A DNA stretch of 64,000 nucleotides, from positions 1 to 64,000 of the forward strand of contig JAVKOQ020000074.1 of the NCBI GenBank assembly GCA_031835245.2, read 5' to 3'. The number at the start of each line of letters is the position of its first letter. The stretch's first letter is position 1. Position numbers and translations under genes: made by a program. The notes under the pieces are model-generated. The model saw nothing but the letters and a program-made list of their open reading frames with translations, made no database searches and was not told the DNA's origin. Positions 39,201-51,500 of this stretch are shown one piece after another. This DNA comes from Balamuthia mandrillaris. Its lineage: Eukaryota.

Positions 39201-41594
39201 TCTTCTTGGTTTGTATTCTCTTCTTTTCCAACTCGTTCAGCGCGTTTGCCTGTTCATCTTCCTCTGCCATCTGAAGCAGCTGCTGTTGTAAGTCTTCTTC
39301 GCTCTCTTCCTTGGAGAACAGGAAGAGAAAGGAGGTTCCCGGCTTGAAAGTAAGCACAGAGGCATCGTCCTCAAAAAAGAAATCGTCGTCATCGCCGCCA
39401 CCTCCTTCCTTCTCCTTCTCCTTCTCCTTTTCCTTCTCACCATCCTCTTCCTCGTCGTCTTCGTCGTCGGCAGCATCATCGGCATCTCTCGGCTTCCTCT
39501 TTGTTCTTGTTGCCGGTGTCTCCGCCTCCGCCATCCACTGTTTATCCAGGACGTACCCGCTGTTCTCAAAGAGGAACTGAATGATGTCCTGAACCTGCTT
39601 CACCCCATCCGCCTCTCCAAAGCTGTCCGGCACGAGAATGCAGCTCCCAAAGAGGAAGCCCCACGGCACGTGCGGCAGCTTCTCCGGGCAAGAATAGGAG
39701 GAGAGATGCGAGAGGCTGTTGGAGACATGTTGCTGATGTTGAGTCATGTCCTCTAGAGCAGAGGAAGAAGAGGTTGGGGATGGAGGAGACGCAGCATAGA
39801 CGGAGGAAACAGGAGAGGAAGGATGGTAGAAAGAAGCGGACGAGGAAGAGCGAGAGAGGGAGGCCATGGTGAGAATGGGAAACTTGTCGGCGCTTTGGCC
39901 TTTGCTGTTCTCCTGCACGTGCCGCAGACAGAGGATGAGCTTGCAAAGGGAGAGCAGGTTGTGCCGAGGAAGGGCGGACAAGAGAGAGGATAGCTTTTCT
40001 CGTTTCTCATGTTCGTCTGCTATTTCTGTTTGGTGGTAACGGAGTGAGAAGAAAAGGAAGAAGAAGAAGAAGAAGAACGAAGAAGAACGAAGAAGAAGAA
40101 CGAAGAAGAACAAAGAAGAAGAACGAAGAAGAACAAAGAACGAAGAAGAACAAAGAAAAAGAAGCCAAGAAAGAGGAAGGAGGAAGGTGAAAGAAACCAG
40201 TGATAGCAATCCAGTCGCGATAGTGAGACTTTGGGATGAGGGAGTCAGGAAGCTCTCGCAGAAACTTTACAAGAAGCAGACGAACGGTGCCCGATACTTT
40301 ACATTTGTGCAAGTCTACATTCGTTTCTCCTTTTGTTTATGTTGTTTGTGAGCAACGCGGGAAGAAGAAAGAAGAAGAGAGGAACAAGAAGAAAGAAAAC
40401 CATGATCATAGGCAGTGACCCAGCTTTCTACAAGGTGGAGGTCTGACTCTTGCGGTGGCTTCCGAAAGAGCTCCATCAAGTCCGGTTCTTTAGGAGAGAA
40501 CGATCCCAGAGGTAACAGAGAAGAACAGGAAAAGAAAGAGAAAGCACTGTTAAAAAAGAAGGGAGAAAGAAGAAAGCGAAACAACATAAACTGAAGAAAA
40601 AGAAGAAGCAAACTTGTGGAGCGGTAGAACAAAGCAATGTCTTCAAGAATAGGAGGAACGGCACGCCGATATCTGTCACACAACACTTTCAACGGCACCC
40701 CAAACACCTTCGTTGGCTATCCAACAAGAGAGAGAAAGGTGGAGAGAGCAACTGAACTGTTAACTTTTTCTTCTTGCTGCTTGCTTTCTTGGGAGACACA
40801 CATCAGACGAACCTTGAAAACAATGCGAAGTGATAAGCACTTGGGCGGCGCCCTTCCGGCGCCGGGGGCATGTTGAGAGCTTCCCTCCTGCCCATCCAGG
40901 TTCAACCACCCTTGCTCTATCCATGGTTCCAGCGCGGACTGCCCAAAGTTGAGCTCTCGGGATACCTTTCCGGAGGCCCCTTTCTTCTTTTTCCTCCGCC
41001 AGAGCGCCAGTGATAGGGTGAAGTGTTTATGGCTTATGTTGCTATATATTGTTGCAAAACAGTTGGAAAGAAGAAAGCAGGGGATGAGGAGAGGAGGCAC
41101 CGGATAGAAGGAAGAAGAGTTAAGGTAATAAAGAGAGACGCGAAAGAGAGATGAGAGTCAAAGAGAGAGGGAGCGAGAAGGATTATCGTACAAAGTAAAT
41201 GTCTCGTCCCAAATGATGATAGGAGCAGCACAATATGTGGAGGTGGACATCGTTTCCTCATCGTTGTCCACTTTGAGTACGATTGAAGCCTCTGTGAAGA
41301 GAATAATAGGGAACCAACAAAACAATGGAGTATGATGTAAAAGAACAGCACATAATGACGAGAGAAAGTTGAAGTGAAAATACCTTTCTGAGTGGACTGG
41401 CCGCACAAGTTCCTCCCCTCAAGGATGGTCACCGTGAGCATGCCCCAGTGCTCTGATTTAACAAAACTTCCTCCTCTCTGTTTTTCAGCCCGTTGTTGTT
41501 GCTGCTGTTTGTTGGTGGAAGAGGCCTTGCTGAAAGTTCCTGTCGATCGGGCTTCTCGCAACGTGTGATACGTTCTTAATGCCTTGCCGTCCAT
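36285..41594 (-). CDS. C2 + RhoGAP-like protein with very long Ser-rich C-terminal region, spliced
   Basis: C2-like LTVTILEGRNL..PIIIWDETF; GAP-like VFGVPL, LFRKPP, VKFLRELPDSLIP, LSALPRHN; intron ~38444-38315 links the two long ORFs. Confidence 0.75.
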
Positions 41595-42054
41595 GTCTCT
41601 CCCTCCTTCTTTGGTACTTTAGCCCCTTTTCTTTTCTATGTTTCTTTCTTTCAGTTTTTTTTGTTACCTAAACAAAAATGACAGTTGTTATTCGGGGTCA
41701 CAAACACATGACCGTTGTTTGTTGTTGCTTTGAAACCCGGAAGAACAAGGCAGCCAAACCCCAACAAATAAACAAAAATGCTGGTGTGGTCTAATTTTTT
41801 AATTGCATCTGAAACGAAACGACGTTATTACCTTCAAAGGAAAGGTTGAGAATTTAAACCAATCAAAAATCAAACGGAGTTATTTGATTTCCATATAAGG
41901 GAGTCTCCACCAAAAAGAAAACAGTGTCTCTTCGCTGGGTTGTATCGAAAGAGAGGTCAGAAGAGAGAAAGAGACATTCACAAGCGATTCATAATAGCAA
42001 CAGAGGAGAGGGGAAAGGACTTTCTGCATTGCCCTCACCCGCCAAACGAAGGCG

Positions 42055-45000
42055 ATGTCGGAAGGGAAAAAAGAGAGGCGAAAACACCATGCCTCTCGAA
42101 AAGACAAAGATAGAAACAAAGTCGGTGGAGAGAAAAAGAAGGAGAAGGATAAAGAGACTCTTCGTGGCAACGAATCATCTGCCTCAGGCTCTGCTCCAGG
42201 GTATGAAGAAGCAGTACAACAGGGAAAAGAGAAGAGCCACGAAAAACGAAAGACTCTTCAAAGAGTGCTAAGCTTAGGCTCCCTTGATGTTCATGCGGCC
42301 CTCTCTCCATCTCCTCGTTCGAGCAACAATAACGAAAAAACAGAGACCACCCCTCTTCCTCACTCCATATCAACCGACTCCCCACGAAGCGAAGGAAGAA
42401 GACGCGGTAGAACAACTGGTCAGCTCGATGATGCATCCAAACTGCCTCACCTTCAACAGCCACAGCAGCAGAGAGACAGGACAAACAGTCTGAGTAACTC
42501 TTCCACTGGATTAAGAACCATTTTACCTTCCTCCTCTGTTCTTTCATCCTCGCCCTCATCTTCGGCTTCCGCTTCTTCCAACGCTTCTGCTTCTGCTTCC
42601 ACTTCAACATTGTCTTCACTCGCTACGTCTTCCACTACTCCACGAAGACCGAAAACGGCCAGGGTTGCTTCCAACGAAAACAATAACGACACTCCAAGAG
42701 ATGAGGCGAAAACAAAGAAGTCCAAGAAGAGAGCCAAAGACACTTCTTCCATCCCTTCTTCTTCTTTGTCTTCATTTTCCGCCAGCACTTCTTCTTCCCC
42801 CTCTTCTATGGTTTCTCCTTCATCTTTGTCTGTGTTACCGTCAACCACCACCCCAGCATCATCAGCCCCGACTTCCATCCTGGCTCACTCCGAAGGAGGC
42901 TGGTCTCTTCCTAAAGGGCTCCTTGGTTCCTTCCGAAAGAGCAGCAATCCGCTCTCCGTCTCCGACTCGGCGGCTCCTCCGCTCTCGCCCAGCGCCTCGC
43001 CCGTCTCCTCCCCAGCAACCGCCCGACGACAGAACGCCTTCCTGAAGGGCATTGCTGCCAACCGGTTGCAACAGCTTCAGTCCAGCGAGAGCGGGAGCGG
43101 AGAGAACAAAGAAGGTGGCGGGGGAGCAGCGGCAGGAGGTGCAGGCGGAGGCATCGGCTCTCCTGTGCCTCAGAAGAGAAGCTCCACGTTGACGCTGGGA
43201 GATGCCCGCTCGCGATGCTCTTTCACAAAGAACCTTCCTGCCAACAACAACAAAGAGAAAGAGAAAGTCGAAGAGAAGAAAGAGGCAGTGGGTGCAACCG
43301 CTGCAGCCTCTCCTCCTGCAAATGAACCTTCTTCATGTTCCTCTCCAGGACAACAAGGAGTGGTGGAGGCTGTCGTTGTTGGTGGAAAGAAAGAGGCAAG
43401 TGCCCTCGTGGACGCCAGAGCCGAAGCAAAACAGAAAGACCGGGTGACGCTCGAAAGAAGCGAAGAAGCCTCGGAGACCTCGCCCACGAAACGAGTCCTG
43501 GAGGCAAAGGAAGGGGCAAACAAAAAAGATGAGCAACACCAAAGAAAGAAAAAGGACGCGACGGCAGTGGTGCATGGGATAGACTGGGCGGAAGGCCTAC
43601 CCACCGGCTTCCTGGTTCGCCTGGCGATGGAGTTGGTGGAGAGCAGCAGGAAATGGGAGCAGAGCAGCGTCAACTCGCTCAACAAGCTGACCGGTGGCGT
43701 GGAGCATGTCCTCAAGCTCGAGATGGTCTGCCGGGGGTGGCACCGAAGGATGACCTGCAAGGAGGCGCTCGACACGGTCTGGTCCACCCTCTATCACCTC
43801 CGCTGGCCCAGCCTCAAGCAGAAGACCCTACAGCGAAGTTCCTGGCGGGAGAGCTACGTGCAGCGGCACGTCTACACCCTCCAGAGAGGCATCACCCTGT
43901 TCAACGACGCCAACCCCTCCCAGGGCTTGCACTACCTCACGGAGGAGGGGCACTGCGGGGCGAACGCCCTGGCCATCTCCCGTTTCTTGGCTTGTATTGA
44001 GGACGACTTGGTGCCAGCCGCGTTATCCACACTCCTGGCTCTTCCGGAGAAGTACGTTTTTGCCTTTGTTTCTTGTTGTTTCTTCAGTGCTTTCTTCTTC
44101 TTGGTCTTGCTTTCGGCTCTCTAATGCAAGTAACAGTGATGCCGTCCGAATGCTGTATGCTCAAGCAACAACGAACCGCGCCTCTCCCAAAAGAAGACCA
44201 ATGAAGCTCAGGATAACGTTTGAGGGAAGCGGGGCTGGAGGAGGCAGCGGTGCATGTGGCGACACGCTAGAGTCTCCCAAGTCGGCCAGACCCTACAGAG
44301 CTAACAGCAGCTCTTTCTCCGATGCCCCAACCAACACAACTTCCTCGGATGAGCAACAACGCTTAGCTGCTTCAAGAAAGCCTTCCATAGGAGGAGGAGT
44401 AACGGACAACGTTGGAGGCTTTTTTGGAAGGTCCTCTTCTTTCTCCAAGGAGGAAGCGGAGAGGCTGGAAGAACTTGGTTCGGTAGCGTTGGTGGGTCAG
44501 GTTCCTTCAAGATGGTGGAATGTACCCGTGGAGGAACGCAAAGACTATGGCACGCTGCTTCCGTCGTTGGTCCTTCGAATCTTGCTCTATCTTCTTCCTC
44601 CACTTTCTTCCTCGTCGCCCGCCTCCGTTGCGGCTTTGATGCCATCCGCGACCGCAGATGTGTTAACGGCCAGTCTTGTTTGTTTCAACTGGTACGTGGC
44701 GACAGAGGACGAAGAGCTTTGGAAAGCCATCTATGGAAGATGGTTTTGGAGTTGGGATTGGGACGTTCCGCCTCCCAAGAAGAGACCCAATCTTTCGCTC
44801 TCTTCCTCTAGCTCTTCATCGTCAACCAAGTTTGCTTCAACAGCAAGAAGAGCAACCACCTCCGTTGCTGTCATGCTTGAAGAAAACAATCCTTTTACCA
44901 AGAAGGAGAGAGAAGAAGGAGTAGGCGGCGGCGGTGATAAAGATGGAGCAGAAAACAGTCCAATGGTTAAGAAAAGAAGGCAAGTGGTGTCCATGGCCTT

Positions 45001-46741
45001 TCGTTCTTTGTCCGCACCGGAAGCCAACAAACGAACGGCGAATAGCGAGGCAAAGCTGAAAGCAGAAAGCAAAAAGCATAACCGGTTGAATGGAGAAAAC
45101 GCTGTTGTGCAAAGGAGCTCATGGAAGAGATTCCACTTTGGAGACGTCTTTCGGAATCCTCACCAAAGTTTTTACAAGATGCTGAAAGGAGAGAGAAAAG
45201 ACGGCTTCATGAACTGGACAAAGCCATCTCCCAGTCCATCATCCTCAGAAACCTCCAGCTTTGCAGGCACAGCTACCAGCTTTCAAACTTCATCTCTCGC
45301 TTCGCTGATGGAGAGACAAGCATTTCCGGCTTGTTCTCCACCGAAAAAGCTCTTCAAACATTCCGCTTGTACGATAGGCCCACTTGTTTGGATCTTTGGA
45401 GGAAACCTCTCGAATGGCCTACTAGTTTTTGATACAAGGACCTCAACTTGGCATCGTCCTCTTACTTCTTGTTCTTCTTCTTCTTGTTCTTCAGCTGCAT
45501 CCTCCTCTGCTTCTTTGTCAACTTCCAAAGATGATCTACCAGCAGCATATGAGGCGCATTCATGTTGCGTCTATAAAGGCCGTTACCTTGTCTTCTTTGG
45601 AGGAGGCCAAGGCCCTTTCTACTCGGACGAGCTTTCCATCTTTGATACTGGTCCTTCCTACCTCATCTTGTTTTTTTCTTCCTGTTCTTCTTCGTTCTCC
45701 CTCTTCTCTTATTCTGCTAATTCCCTCCTTTCTGATTAGATTCTAACAATCTTTCATAATAACAGTAGGTTTAAAGTGGAGCAAACCAGAGCAAACAGGG
45801 GACTTGCCAGGAGCTCGGCGAGCCCATGCCGCAACCATCGCTCCAACGTCAGATGGGTCTTGCATGCTTATTTTTGGGGGAAGCAACTCAAACGGTCCTC
45901 TGGCCTCCACTTATGCATTGCATTTGGCCTCTCTGCGATGGAAGCGAGTTCCAGGATTATCAGAGGTCCACACGTATACGCATCAGCAAGCATCCTCTTC
46001 TTCTTTGTGGGAGCCAAGAGGCTTCCTTACGGCCACAACTATTGGAAAGTATGTGCTTTTGTATGGAGGCACCACGCAGGAACGTGCCTATGCTGATGTT
46101 AAAGTCTTAAACTGCGGTATGTTTTTCCTTGTTTGTTTTCCCTTCTCTTCTTTCTGCTTGTTCTCCTTCTTCTCGTTCTTCTTCTTCCTCTTCTTCTCTT
46201 CTTGTTATTCCTCTTCAGAGCTTCTCCATTCATGCTTTCCTTTTCATTCTCATCATTTGTTCCCACGTAGACACAATGAAATGGGAGAAGAGCAAAGAGC
46301 TGGCGACGTCTCCCTTTCCTGGGCGGTTCGGCCATAGCGCCACCAAAATTGGGTCATGGCTCTTCGTGTTTGGTGGATGTACAGGCCAAACCTATATCAA
46401 TGAACTTAGTCTTCTGAACCTGGGTACTTCATTCCTCTCATTCCTTTCTTTCTGCTTGTCCATTCTTACGTGCATCTTCTTTTCTGCATGCAACAAACAC
46501 AACCACAGAAACGATGTTGTGGTACAAGACACAACCGACAGGGATGCTGCCTCCTGCCTTGGCCTTTCACAGCGCAAGCCTCGTGGGGGCGAAACTCTTC
46601 CTCTTTGGGGGCTACACCGGGGAGGAACACATCAGAGGGGAGGAGGTGCACGTCTTGGAGCTCGCCCACTTTGACCAGATACTGTTCAACCACGAGAAGA
46701 CGAGACAAAGAACGGTCCTTGTAAAACCTATCCAGATATAA
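42055..46741 (+). CDS. Protein with two F-box-like motifs, a Sec7-like fragment and Kelch repeats, spliced
   Basis: F-box-like LEMVCRGWHR..VWSTLY and SLVCFNWYVATEDEELWKAIY; GITLFNDANPSQGLHYL; Kelch WIFGG, RFGHSATKIGSWLFVFGG, LFLFGG. Confidence 0.8.
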
Positions 46742-47130
46742 ATACACAATGGTTTGTTCTCTTACCGATAAGAAAAAGCCAAAAGTTCTCTTCCGCATGT
46801 TGCCGGGCAGCTGATAAGAGCAACTCAATGAGCACAAAGAAAGGAGAGGGAGGGTTTGCACTCAAACCAGTTGCCGTTGTTGGCCGGAATGGAAGAGAGA
46901 AGACACACTCGGTTTCCTACGGCTGTAATACTACTAGTTGACCACAAAAGCAAACAATCCGTGCCAGAAGAAGAACCTACAGAACACCCAAAAGATGACA
47001 CAACAGCACCAACAACCAAGCAACAACAACACAACAAAACCACAAAGGATATCAGGACGAAACAAAGAACTGACACACCAACTACACACCAAGCCACATC
47101 CTCTAAGACAAGCGCTGCAGCGCCCAAGAC

Positions 47131-47723
47131 TTGCCAGATGAAATGCTTTGTTACCTGCTTGCGCTATTGCCAGAAGACACAGTGGCCCTGGCTGCAAGGG
47201 CCTGCAAACGTTGGTTCGTATGCTCTCCTTCTGGTCGCGCGCGGCACAGGCTCTCCACGCGAACGGCATGCAGCACCGTACCCTTGCTTCGATGGGCGCG
47301 AACGCAAGGCCTTCGATTCCACGAGCGCGAAGCCGTGCAGCAGCGCGGCGCCTGGAAGCGCTGAAATGGGCTCGTGAACAGGGCTGCCCTTGGGACGAGG
47401 AGACGTGTGTGCCCGCCGCAAAAGGTGGTCACCTGGAAGTGCAGCAATGGGCGCATGCCACCGGCTGTCCTTGGGGTGACCTCAGTCGCCGTTGGGAGGA
47501 TGCGGCTGCTGCAGCTGCCGGGGGTGGGCACTTGGAGGTGCTGGGGTGGGCAAAGAAACATGGGTGCCCCTGGAACGCCAAGACCTGCACCAGTGCAGGG
47601 AGAGGCGGGCACCTGGAGGTGCTGGAATGGGCTCGTAAACACGGCTGTCCTTGGGGTGAGGAGACCTGTGCGGCCGCTGCCGATGGCGGTCGCTTGGAGG
47701 TGCTGAGATGGATTGGAAAATAA
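47131..47723 (+). pseudogene. Frameshifted F-box-like/ankyrin (GCPW-type) gene
   Basis: LPDEMLCYLLALL..ARACKRW in one frame; repeats GCPWDEETC..AA.GGHLEVL.WAR in another; no in-frame ATG start; no introns. Confidence 0.7.
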
Positions 47724-47800
47724 AGAAAACAAATCAAGTGCTCGTGTTTTAAAAAAAAGGGGTTTCTAATCTTTCATTTCATTTTTTAGCAGTGAGAGTT

Positions 47801-47968
47801 CTACTCCCTCCTGGACCACCAGCCAAGCAAAGCGCAGACGATGATGAAGAACATGAAGAGACCCACGAGAAGGGCGATGGTGTCACCGGCGGCGTCCCAG
47901 GCGTGGGCCTGAGACACCATGGAAAGGAGGAACAGCACAAAGGCAGCGAAGAAGGAGAAGGCGTTCAT
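47801..47968 (-). CDS. 55-aa SMIM30-like small membrane protein
   Basis: MNAFSFFAAFVLFLLSMVSQAHA-WDAAGDTIALLVGLFMFFIIVCALLGWWSRRE matches the SMIM30 pattern AGD.IALL.G......CA.LG...R. Confidence 0.75.
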   Translation of the reverse strand: MNAFSFFAAFVLFLLSMVSQAHAWDAAGDTIALLVGLFMFFIIVCALLGWWSRRE

Positions 47969-48522
47969 TTGTGTATATATGTGTGTATGCGTGCGCGAAC
48001 TGCAGTTCCGGTTATCCCGTCTTTCTATTTTTTTTTTCCACAAACGAGTTCGATGAAGAAGACAGATTTGACCAAAGACAAATAAAAAAGAGTCAATCGG
48101 TGTACGCTCGGAAGCATTAACGAGTGAAGAGAGAGAGAGAGAAAAGTTTACCGGTGAGGCGAAGTCCTGTTTCTTGGTTCCTGCTGCGGAGAGGGTCCTT
48201 CCCAAAGACTCTTTTTTATTTTTGCTCTTCTTCTCCCCAAAACGGAATCTTCTTCCTCCGTTTGCTTCCCCCCCCGCTTCGTTGTGTAGCGCCTGGTTGG
48301 TGGCCCCTCAAATTTAGGCGCTTTAACTTTTCAGCAATTCAAAAATGCCCAAATTTGTACATTTTGTCGACCTCATCATGAAGGCATACATGTCTTCAGT
48401 TTCTGCAGTTTTTGTGGTCCATGCCTATTAAATCACGTCGTCCCGACTCCCTCTTTCTGTTGTTTTATTTTTATTTATTTTGTTTTATAAAACAAAGAGA
48501 CATTCATGGCGCAATGTTGGTT

Positions 48523-51500
48523 TTACAGGAACTTGAGCCTATCCAAAAGCCGCTTCTTCTTTTTCTTCTTGCCGACATCCACCCCGCCGCTGGCATCGAT
48601 TGTCATGACCGAACTGGCTCGCCCTCTCTCCGCGGCCGCATTCGTGGTGTTGGGCACGGCACCTGCCGTGGAGGAGGTCGGAGTTGAGGCTGAGGGAACA
48701 GGCGTGCCCAACCGAAGGTGTGCATTCAACGGCGCTCTGATCCAACCTCCCCATCCTCCTCCTCCCCCTCCTGCTGCTGCTGCTGCTCCTCCACTACCAC
48801 CACCGCCGCCACTCTCCTCTCTCTTCAGCGGAGACAACAGACCGACCAACTCCACGCTGTACTGGTTCCTGGCAATGTCAAGAGCCGTTCTGGAAACGCC
48901 CCCATAGTACACCGCAGCAGAGTCCTTAAGCTGCTCCTTTTGCGGGTTGTTCAGCAGCTGTCGAACCACAGCCGGGCTGTTGGCAGCTGTGGCAAAGTGA
49001 AGGGCGGACCACCCCAAAAGGTTCGTTTGGTGCAGGCCACCTCCAAGCAACCGGCATAGTAACTGCTGTGATTGCTTGTTGCTTGCTTTGGGGAGTGCCT
49101 CGTGTTGAGCTTGAAGAATGGTGCGGACCAGGCGTTCGTGTTTCCTGTGGCTTGCCAGCATGAGGGCAGTGTTGCCTTCAAACGGGTCGTTTTCTTCCTC
49201 TTCAACTTCAGCGGCGTCTTTTTTCTTGAAAAATGTGTCGGAGATGACTTCCAAGAGCTCTTTGACGACGGCGATGAGAGCCTCATCCTCCGCTCGGTCC
49301 ACCCCACAAGCAACCATCAAGGGCGTTACCTTGGCATCCTCCAACACTCTCACTATTTCATCTCCTTTCGTTATTCTAGACGTAGGCGAAGAAGCGTTGG
49401 AGGAAGGAAGCCTGTTGGTTGCACGAATGGGATCAGCGCCAACGTTCAACAGCTTTTGAACGAGCACAAGGTCTTTCTCCCAAAGAGCAAACATTAAGGG
49501 CGTCCATTTGCGTCTGCCAGCAGCCAGCACATCCACTCCCGCTCCTTTCTTCAACAGCAACGACACCAGGGCAAGTCTGTAGTCGCTCAACTCTTCCAGA
49601 GTGAAGGAGGAAGAAGGCGAGTTGCTCCCACGCAAAGAGGTGATGGCGGTGATGAGCAAAGTGTACCCTTCCTCTGGCTCGGAGGAGGGCATGTCCAACG
49701 CGATGGGATCTTGTTCCTTCTCTCCCTTTTGTCTTTGCAGTTGAGATCGGCGTTCGCTCAGCTTGAAGATGAATCGAATGAGGTCCAAGGGCGCTCCGTT
49801 TTCGATGAGCAACATAAGCAGTGTCTTACTGGGCAACAACTTGTTGAACATGTTCTCCTGAGAGAGATCCACTGTGACGAACGTTTCATCTTCTTCCTCT
49901 TCATTTAGTTGTGGAAGCAGAGGAAGAGATGGAGGAGACGGAGGAGAAGAAAGAACGGTGCGTTGAACGTCCCGTGCAAAACCTGACAGACAACTGACCT
50001 GTTGCATCGTTGTGGGAGAGGACAAACGAACAACGTAACCACCCGCTTTGCCCAGGAGGTCGTGCTCCAACTTAACCTCTGTGGGGCGTGGGGTGGCGCG
50101 ATAATTCTTTTCGAGGATGCGCATGGCTTCTTTGTCGTAGTTTTGCCACCCGGAATCTGCTTTCCATTGCCATCGAACTCTCTCTCGTCTCTTTCCTCCG
50201 TTTGCTGTGGTTGTCGCAGTTGATGGTGAAGATGCTATGGAAGAGGAGGAATGTTGTTCTTCTCCCACCTTTGCCTTTTCTTTGCCTTTCCGAGAGTTCT
50301 GAGAAGCAGAAACAGAGGAAAATGAAGAAGAAGAAGCATCTTCTGCTTCTTCAGGAAACAATCGACGCAGCACCTGTCCGACCACTTGAAACTGTTTGAG
50401 CTCTATCATCCTTGCCAGAGAGGCTTCCATCGATGAACCCTCCAAAAATTCGTTTCGCTCAAAGAGACTCTCAACGAGTCGCATCCATTCTTCCTTGCGA
50501 GGATCGTCTGCTTTGCAGTTGTTCGCTTGTTGGAGGCAAGACTCTACCCACGAAAGCAAAGTAGATGAAACGGAGGAGGAAGATGAGTGACCGAACCTAG
50601 CTTTTAGTGCCGCTGATAAGGGGGAGAGGGAAGATGATGCGTTGTTGTTATTGTTGTTGACAGCGAGTCGTGGACGCAACGCAATATTCTTAAAAGCACT
50701 GAACTGAGAACAACTCGTGAGATGGCCAGCAACAATGCCACACTCGGTGCAATATGTATTTGAGGCATTTGAAGAAGATAGTGATTCAGACGAGGAAGAT
50801 AAAGAAGATGAAGCAGATCCAGCAAAAGGTAACATGCGCCAACCCTCGCTCGTTTTTGTCCATGATGATGTCGAATCATTCGCACGGCTTGTCCTTATGT
50901 AGTCGCTGTCATCGTAGTCATTGTTGTTGCGGTTGGCGAGCATGATGTCGATGCAGATAGCAGCCAGGCCTGGATGGTTGGTCTCGACCGCTTTTTTGAA
51001 CTTCTCTTTGACGATCGAGAGTTGAATGGAGGTCTTCAAGTCGGGAAAGTTGTCCAGCGCTGCTCTCACTTTTGCCACTGGATTTCGATGTAAGAAATAA
51101 GCTAAGAGAAAGAAAGGAGGACGAGGAAAGCATAGAAAATACAGCAGAAACAAGGGGCAGAAGAGGAGGAAGCAGAATGTACGACATACCGGCTTCAGGA
51201 GTGCTTTCATCGGAATAGCGTGTGAAAAAATAATCTTGCTTCACCAGTTGCACCACTCTCGACTTGAACGACGCCAGATCCAACGCAACCGACACATCAT
51301 ACATGTTCTTCAAATCCTCCAACTCCAACCTCACCCTTTTCCTCTGAAGAATCTCCGTCAATAGGTCCATAACTCTGGTCACCAAATCCTCCACCCCGTA
51401 TTGATTCGCACAAAGCAACAAAGCCAACAAGGAATCCACTTCTAAGTCTTGGATGATGGAAGCGTCGTGCGTGTACAGATAGTCTATCATCATCAAAAAG

